DNA from: Sinorhizobium meliloti
Lineage (GTDB): Bacteria > Pseudomonadota > Alphaproteobacteria > Rhizobiales > Rhizobiaceae
Direction: 5' to 3'
NCBI RefSeq assembly: GCF_017876815.1
Contig: NZ_JAGIOS010000002.1
Span: forward strand, 720,001-752,000
DNA length: 32,000 nucleotides
Both the position numbers and the translations under genes were made by a program. A model generated the notes under the pieces. It made no database searches and was not told the DNA's origin. It saw only the letters and a list, made by a program, of their open reading frames with translations. Positions 26,748-32,000 of this stretch are shown in pieces; within the stretch, counting starts at the first letter, position 1; each line of letters begins with the position of its first letter.

Positions 26748-27701
26748 ATGCCGATCCGCGCCAACGATCAGATCATCCACAAGGCCGCCTGGCTCTACTA
26801 TACGCATGGCCTGCGCCAGGATGAAGTCGCCCAACGTCTCGAAATCTCGCGTGCTTCCATCGCCATGTATCTGCGCAAGGCCCGCGAGATGGGGATAGTC
26901 ACCATCACCACGTCGACGGAACTCTTCTCCGACGACGTCCTTGCCCGCGAGCTGGAGGACGCCGCAGGACTGACGAGTGTCTGGATCGTCCCCGAGGACC
27001 GGCAGGCCATGGACCCGGCCGTCGAGATGCCCGTGGTGGCGGCCTCGGTTTTCCTGGAGCTCATCAACAAGGGCGACAGGATCGGTGTCGCCTGGGGCCG
27101 CACCGTATATCACATAGCGGACGTCATGCCGTTTGCCGATCTTCGGGGCGTGTCGGTCGTGCAGCTCTGCGGCAATCTCGGCGCTCCCTACTCCTACCGC
27201 CCGGATCAGTGCACCACGGAAATCGCCCGCCGTCTCAATGCGGAAGGCATCAATTTCTATGCGCCCCTCGTCCTCTCATCCGAGCGGCTCGCCGAGGAGT
27301 TGCGCCGCGAGCCCGTCATCAGGGAGCAACTTGCCACGATTTCGGACTGCAAGCTCGCGCTCTACTCCGTCGGGGGCATCGAGGAGGATAGCCACCTCGT
27401 CAAATGCGGTGCCCTTTCGGCGAAGGACCTGCATGCGATGGGCAAAAGGGGGGCAGCCGGCGTCATCGCCGGACAGCTGATCGATCTCGACGGCCAGTGG
27501 ATGGACTGCGCGCACAACCGACGCTGCATCTCGGCAGACCTCGACTCCATCCGCGCGATCCGGAAGCGCATGCTGGTGGTGCAGGAGGAAAGCAAGTTCG
27601 AGCCGCTGATGGCGGCTCTGAAGGGCGGGTTTGCTTCGCATCTCGTCGTTACCGCCTCGATGGCGCGACGGATCATGGACCGCTGGAGCCGCGATCATTG
27701 A
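26748..27701 (+). CDS. SorC/DeoR-family sugar-(phosphate)-binding transcriptional regulator
   Basis: 317 aa. It has an N-terminal HTH (AAWLYYTHGLRQDEVAQRLEISRASIAMYLRKARE) and a C-terminal SorC sugar-binding domain (GVAWGRT…). Confidence 0.88.
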   Translation: MPIRANDQIIHKAAWLYYTHGLRQDEVAQRLEISRASIAMYLRKAREMGIVTITTSTELFSDDVLARELEDAAGLTSVWIVPEDRQAMDPAVEMPVVAASVFLELINKGDRIGVAWGRTVYHIADVMPFADLRGVSVVQLCGNLGAPYSYRPDQCTTEIARRLNAEGINFYAPLVLSSERLAEELRREPVIREQLATISDCKLALYSVGGIEEDSHLVKCGALSAKDLHAMGKRGAAGVIAGQLIDLDGQWMDCAHNRRCISADLDSIRAIRKRMLVVQEESKFEPLMAALKGGFASHLVVTASMARRIMDRWSRDH

Positions 27702-27707
27702 ATATGC

Positions 27708-27737
27708 GCGCCGAGCGTCCATCGGGACGCGCGGCGC
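27708..27737. terminator. GC-rich hairpin between convergent genes (13-bp stem, one mismatch, loop ATCG)
   Basis: GCGCCGAGCGTCC-ATCG-GGACGCGCGGCGC lies between the regulator stop (27701) and the binding-protein stop (27744). No T-run is present. Confidence 0.5.
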
Positions 27738-27743
27738 ACGTAA

Positions 27744-28787
27744 TCAGGGCTTCGGCATCCAGGCCGGCATGGCGACGTCGGCATGCGCGAATTGCGGCAG
27801 CTTCACGCCGAGTTCTTCCATGTTCTTGATGTCCTGATCGCTGAGGTCCTTCTGGGTGATCAGCGTCGGGGGCACGATCACCTGCCGGCCGGGATTCTCG
27901 CCGGCAAGCAGCATGGCGAGCGAACGCACCGAGACCTGGCCGACGACGGCAGGATTGGTCGCCGCGGTCGCCACCCAGGCCGAGCCCGCCTCCCGCATGG
28001 CGGCGATGTCCGAGGTCGAGATGTCGGCTGAGTAGATCTTCACGCTGGAGGAGAGGCCCGCCTCGTCGACCGCGATCTTCACACCCTTGGCGAATTCGTC
28101 ATAGGGGGCGAACATCACCGTGATGTCCGGGTTGGCTGAAATCACGGAACGGGCCTGGTTGGCGACGGAATTGGCGATCGGGTTGTCCATGGTGCCGAAC
28201 TGGGCAGCTTCCTCGATGCCGGAATATTTCTTCTTGAATTCCTTCCAGGTCTCGTCGCGGCGGTCGAGCGGGGCGATCCCGGCGACGTAGACGTAACCGG
28301 CCTTGAAGCTCTCGCCGTTCTCCTTGATCGCCTGTTCGAGGGCGAGACGGGCGAGGTCGCGGTCGGACTGTTCGATCTGCGGAATCTTCTCATTCTCGAC
28401 ATTCACGTCGAAGGCGACGACCTTGATGCCGGCATCGACCGCGCGCTGGGCAGCTTCCTTCATGGATTCCGTCAGGCCGTGCTGGATAATGATGCCATCC
28501 ACTCCGAGCGCTATCGCCTGATCGACCATATCGGCCTGGAGCGCGGCGTCCTGACGGCTGTCGAAGATCTGAAGCTCAACGCCGAGCGCCTTGGCCTGCG
28601 CCTCGACGCCTGCGAGATAGGACTGAAAGAAGTCGCCGGTCGAAAGATAACGCACGAGCGCGATCTTCACGTCGCCGGGCTTGTCGAACGGCTTCGGCAT
28701 GTCGGCGGCAAGGGACGGCACGGCAGAGGCAGCCGCGCCCATAAGCGCGAGCGTCCATCTGCCCAGGGTTCTTCGAGTTATGTCCAT
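27744..28787 (-). CDS. ribose-type (Peripla_BP_4-like) sugar ABC transporter substrate-binding protein
   Basis: 347 aa from ATG 28787 (SD GGAGGAGACTGAC). It has a Tat-like signal (MDITRRTLGRWTLALMGAAASA…) and a type-I periplasmic binding-protein fold pattern. Confidence 0.9.
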   Translation of the reverse strand: MDITRRTLGRWTLALMGAAASAVPSLAADMPKPFDKPGDVKIALVRYLSTGDFFQSYLAGVEAQAKALGVELQIFDSRQDAALQADMVDQAIALGVDGIIIQHGLTESMKEAAQRAVDAGIKVVAFDVNVENEKIPQIEQSDRDLARLALEQAIKENGESFKAGYVYVAGIAPLDRRDETWKEFKKKYSGIEEAAQFGTMDNPIANSVANQARSVISANPDITVMFAPYDEFAKGVKIAVDEAGLSSSVKIYSADISTSDIAAMREAGSAWVATAATNPAVVGQVSVRSLAMLLAGENPGRQVIVPPTLITQKDLSDQDIKNMEELGVKLPQFAHADVAMPAWMPKP

Positions 28788-28833
28788 GTCAGTCTCCTCC
28801 ACTGATGAACTTTGATGGTCCGCCGAGGTCTCC

Positions 28834-29880
28834 TCAGCGTTTGCCTCTTTTCGAGAGCGCAAAGGTAAAGATCAGGGCGACGACGAGCACGGCGCCCTTG
28901 ATGAAATCCTGCGTGTAGTAAGGCGCATTCATCATCGTCAGGCCCTGCAGTAGGATCCCGACGAAAAGCGCGCCGACGGCCGTTCCGAAAGCGTTCGGCT
29001 TGGCCGCACCCAGCACGGCAAAACCGATCAGCGCGGCGGCGACGGCGTCGAGCAGCAGGTTGTTTCCGGAGGCGATATCGCCGCGGCCGAGGCGTGCTGC
29101 AAGCAGAATGCCGCCGATAGAGGCGAAGACGCCGGAAATGACGTAGGCCGAAATCTTGTAGGCATTGACCGGCGCCCCTGCGAGCGCGGCCGCGCGCTCG
29201 TTGGACCCGACCGCATACATTATGCGGCCGAAGCGGGTGTATTCGAGGAAGAACCAGATCGCTATGGCGAGCACCACGAGCACCACGACCGAGACCGGCA
29301 CGAGGTTGGGCAGGACGAGATCGAAGCGGTGGCGCCCGAGCGCCAGGAAAGCCGGACTGAAAGTGCCGGTCGCGACCGAACCGTCGGGCAGCGTCATGCC
29401 CGCGGCAATCGAGCGGCCCTCGGTCGGGATGCGCTGAAGGCCGAGCAGCAGGAACATCATGCCGAGGGTAGCCAGAAGGTCCGGAACGCGCATGTAGACG
29501 ATGATGAAGCCGTTGATCAGGCCGACGAGCGCGCCGACGGCGAGGCATACGAGCGCTGCCGTAAGCGCGTCGCCTCCCATCACCACCATAACATAGGAGG
29601 AAGCCATCATCGCCGTGGTGGCGACCGAGCCAATCGAGAGGTCGAACCCCCCGACGACAAGCGTCGCCGTCACGCCGAGGGCGAGAATGCCGGTGATCGA
29701 CACGGATTGCAGAATGAAGACTGCGCTTTGAGGGGAGGCAAAACCTCCGGTTACGAGCGAGAAATAAAGAACCATGCCGGCGAGCAGCATGAGGAAGCCG
29801 TACTTGATCGCGGTCTCCCTGATGCCCCACGTGCCCGGAAGTACGGGGGCCGCGGCGGGTTTGCTCTGTTCACTGCTCAT
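28834..29880 (-). CDS. sugar ABC transporter permease (RbsC-like)
   Basis: 348 aa from ATG 29880 (MSSEQSKPAAAP…). It is polytopic, and its start overlaps the ATPase gene's end by 11 nt. Confidence 0.9.
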   Translation of the reverse strand: MSSEQSKPAAAPVLPGTWGIRETAIKYGFLMLLAGMVLYFSLVTGGFASPQSAVFILQSVSITGILALGVTATLVVGGFDLSIGSVATTAMMASSYVMVVMGGDALTAALVCLAVGALVGLINGFIIVYMRVPDLLATLGMMFLLLGLQRIPTEGRSIAAGMTLPDGSVATGTFSPAFLALGRHRFDLVLPNLVPVSVVVLVVLAIAIWFFLEYTRFGRIMYAVGSNERAAALAGAPVNAYKISAYVISGVFASIGGILLAARLGRGDIASGNNLLLDAVAAALIGFAVLGAAKPNAFGTAVGALFVGILLQGLTMMNAPYYTQDFIKGAVLVVALIFTFALSKRGKR

Positions 29881-31393
29881 GATGCATGACCTGCTGATGG
29901 GATTGACCGGCGATCTCCGACAGCAGGCGCTCGACATCGACTTCAGTGTTTCGATGTTCGCCGACGATGGTCTGCTCCGACATGACGAGGATGCGGTCGG
30001 CGACCTCGAACGCTTCGTCGAGTTCGGTAAGGAAGAGGATGGTGGAACGGCCCGCGGCCGAGATGCGCAGCTTGTTGCCGATGTCCCGGCGCGCGGCGAT
30101 GTCGACGCCCTGGAACGGCTCGTCGAGGATGAGCAATCGCGAAGGCTCGCAGAGCCAGCGCCCGACCATCACCTTCTGCTGGTTTCCGCCCGAAAGTGTC
30201 TGCATCTCGTCGCGTTCGTTTCGGCAGATCACGCCGAGCGAGGTGATCTGCCCGCGCGCCTTGGCCCTTTCGGCCCTGCGGCTGGATATGCCGCAGCGGG
30301 AGAGCTTGCCCAGAAACGGCAGGCTGATGTTCTCGTAGATGTTGAAATCGGGCACGATGCCGCTTTCGGCGCGGTCCTTCGCGACGAGGAAAACGCCGCG
30401 CGCAATCGCCTGACCGGTTGCCTTCGGCGCATAGCGCAATCCGTCAAGGGTCATTTCGCCGGCCAGCGGGGAGCGCGCACCAAACAGCGTTTCGGCAAGC
30501 GCCGTCTTGCCGACCCCCACTAGGCCGGTGACCGCGACGATCTCGCCGTCAAGGAGATCGAAATCGAAAGGCCGCGCATGGTCGGACAGCTTCAGGCCGC
30601 GCACCTTGAAGATCGGCCCGCCGGCCTTGTGCACCGCGATTTTGCCCGCCGAAACCTTGCGGCCCAGCATCGCGTCGACGGCGCCCTCATAGTCGAGATC
30701 GGGCCCGTCGAAACGGCCCGTGATCCGGCCATCGCGAAGCGAGACGATGCGGTCGGCGAGGCGGCGGATATCCGACATGCGGTGCGAGATATAGAGAATG
30801 GCGACGCCGCGTGCCTTTAGCCGGTCGACGAGATCGAAGAGGCGTTCCGCTTCGGCGCTCGAGAGGGAGGACGTCGGCTCGTCGAGGATAAGCACCTTCG
30901 GCTCATGCGACATCGCCCGGGCAATCGCCACCATCTGCCGGTCGGCAAGGGTCAGGTCGTTGACGTTGGCGGCAAGATCGATGGAGAGCCCCATATGGGC
31001 GGCGACCGCAGCCGCCTCGCGCCGGACGCGCCGCGGATTGAAGAAGAACCGCGAGCCACGTCCGTTCAGCCGGTCGAACGTCAGATTGGTTGCGACGTCG
31101 AGGTCGGCGACGACCCCATCATTGATGTTCTGGTGCACGGTGACGACGCCGGCGCGGATCGCCTCGGCAGGCGTCACCGGCTCGAAAGCCGCATCCGCAA
31201 GCGTGATCGCGCCGGAGTCGCGCGCATAGACGCCGGAGAGAATGCGCACGAGGGTGGATTTTCCGGCGCCGTTGGCGCCCATCAAAATCGTTACCGCGCC
31301 GGCCTCAAGATCGAGATCCACCCCTTGGAGAACCTGCACGGGTCCAAAGGATTTGCGCACGCCCTCGATGCGAAACACTGCCTGTCCGCTCAT
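29870..31393 (-). CDS. sugar ABC transporter ATP-binding protein with duplicated ABC domains (RbsA-like)
   Basis: 507 aa from ATG 31393 (SD GGGAGGAGACA). The first domain has GANGAGKST, …ADRQMV and LILDEPT. The second has GLVGVGKTA, LSGGNQQK and LILDEP. Confidence 0.92.
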   Translation of the reverse strand: MSGQAVFRIEGVRKSFGPVQVLQGVDLDLEAGAVTILMGANGAGKSTLVRILSGVYARDSGAITLADAAFEPVTPAEAIRAGVVTVHQNINDGVVADLDVATNLTFDRLNGRGSRFFFNPRRVRREAAAVAAHMGLSIDLAANVNDLTLADRQMVAIARAMSHEPKVLILDEPTSSLSSAEAERLFDLVDRLKARGVAILYISHRMSDIRRLADRIVSLRDGRITGRFDGPDLDYEGAVDAMLGRKVSAGKIAVHKAGGPIFKVRGLKLSDHARPFDFDLLDGEIVAVTGLVGVGKTALAETLFGARSPLAGEMTLDGLRYAPKATGQAIARGVFLVAKDRAESGIVPDFNIYENISLPFLGKLSRCGISSRRAERAKARGQITSLGVICRNERDEMQTLSGGNQQKVMVGRWLCEPSRLLILDEPFQGVDIAARRDIGNKLRISAAGRSTILFLTELDEAFEVADRILVMSEQTIVGEHRNTEVDVERLLSEIAGQSHQQVMHHEQ

Positions 31394-31433
31394 TGTCTCC
31401 TCCCGACGCTGCACGTTAGGATAGGCTTTCATC

Positions 31434-31460
31434 AAATGTCAAGGTCATTGACATTTGACA
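31434..31460. promoter_or_regulatory. back-to-back divergent promoter/operator: inverted repeat AAATGTCA-aggtcat-TGACATTT carrying two CTTGACATTTG-type boxes
   Basis: The plus strand reads ATTGACATTTGACA (31447-31460), followed 17 nt later by TTAGCT. The minus strand reads CTTGACATTTGATG (31443 down to 31430), followed 17 nt later by CCTAAC. The same core occurs at 26692. Confidence 0.55.
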
Positions 31461-31528
31461 GAATGGTGCCTTAGCTGTGCCATGGCGGCGGGCGGTGGAG
31501 GCCGCGCCATCCGCAGGAGGAGGACGAT

Positions 31529-32000
31529 ATGGACAAGCAAGTCTTCGAGGCGCTCAGCGCCGAGTCATTGCCGCATCGGCTCGGCGGCAATTCCGCTCTC
31601 AGGGAGAAGATCGGCGGGGACGTTTCGCACTGGACCGTCAAGGAGATCGGCGACGGCAACCTCAACCTCGTGTTCATCGTCACGGGCAGCAAAGGCACGG
31701 CGGTCGTCAAGCAGGCCCTGCCCTATGTTCGCCTTGTCGGCGAGAGCTGGCCGCTGCCTCTGAAACGCTCCTTCTTCGAATACCACGCGCTGGTGCGCCA
31801 GGCTGCGCGTGCTCCCGGTATGGTGCCGGAGATTTTCTTCTTCGACGAGACGCAGGCGCTGATCGTCATGGAGTATCTGACACCGCACGTCATCCTGCGC
31901 CGCGCGCTGATCGATGGGCGCGAACTGCCCAATATAGGTTGCGATCTCGGCCTCTTCGCCGCCCGCACGCTTTTCCGCGGCTCGGACCTTTCCATGGCGA
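31529..32000 (+). CDS. mtnK: 5-methylthioribose kinase, 3'-truncated by the window edge
   Basis: It is absent from the track because it runs off the window. Hand translation from ATG 31529 (SD AGGAGGAGGA) gives MDKQVFEALSAESLPHRLGG…VKEIGDGNLNLVFIV…VVKQALPYVRLVGESWPLPLKRSFFEYHAL…IVMEYL. The EIGDGNLN and KQALPYVR-VGESWPL motifs are the MtnK signature. Confidence 0.88.
   Translation, partial: MDKQVFEALSAESLPHRLGGNSALREKIGGDVSHWTVKEIGDGNLNLVFIVTGSKGTAVVKQALPYVRLVGESWPLPLKRSFFEYHALVRQAARAPGMVPEIFFFDETQALIVMEYLTPHVILRRALIDGRELPNIGCDLGLFAARTLFRGSDLSMA

Overview
High-GC alpha-proteobacterial (rhizobial) DNA. It looks like a secondary replicon (chromid or megaplasmid) rather than a mobile island. I saw no transposase, integrase, CRISPR array, rRNA or tRNA.

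Gene order, left to right:
- 5'-truncated repA plus repB partition genes, with no repC following
- a small orphan gene and a repeat-rich 365-bp spacer
- urea ABC transporter operon urtABCDE (minus strand)
- an ArsR / AHSA1-SRPBCC / GFA three-gene operon (minus strand)
- a 1126-aa hybrid histidine kinase whose N-terminal half is a 12-TM permease-like domain, translationally coupled to an atypical REC / PAS-like / LuxR regulator
- the C4-dicarboxylate system: dctA (minus strand) divergent from dctB-dctD, with a textbook sigma-54 promoter and a DctD upstream activating sequence
- a roughly 685-aa membrane-anchored protein of unknown function
- a TPP riboswitch followed by a tightly packed thiC-thiO-thiS-thiG-thiE operon
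- a SorC-family regulator
- a ribose-type ABC transporter (minus strand), divergent from a 3'-truncated 5-methylthioribose kinase gene (mtnK)

The dctA/dctB/dctD sequences and lengths (441, 621 and 460 aa), together with a linked thiCOSGE cluster, match my recollection of the Sinorhizobium/Ensifer pSymB-type replicon. That is memory, not a search.

Most interesting candidates for undescribed biology:
1. The permease-fused, Cys8-containing hybrid kinase and its LuxR-type partner. No Hpt protein is visible in the window.
2. A CTTGACATTTG motif shared between the SorC regulator's own promoter and the back-to-back ABC-transporter/mtnK promoters. This suggests a methylthioribose uptake and salvage regulon.
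3. The repAB cassette without repC, with an adjacent 20-bp perfect palindrome and a repeat-rich spacer.
4. The large repeat-module membrane protein between dctD and thiC.

Many long ORFs in the six-frame track are codon-aligned antisense shadows of real genes and were rejected.
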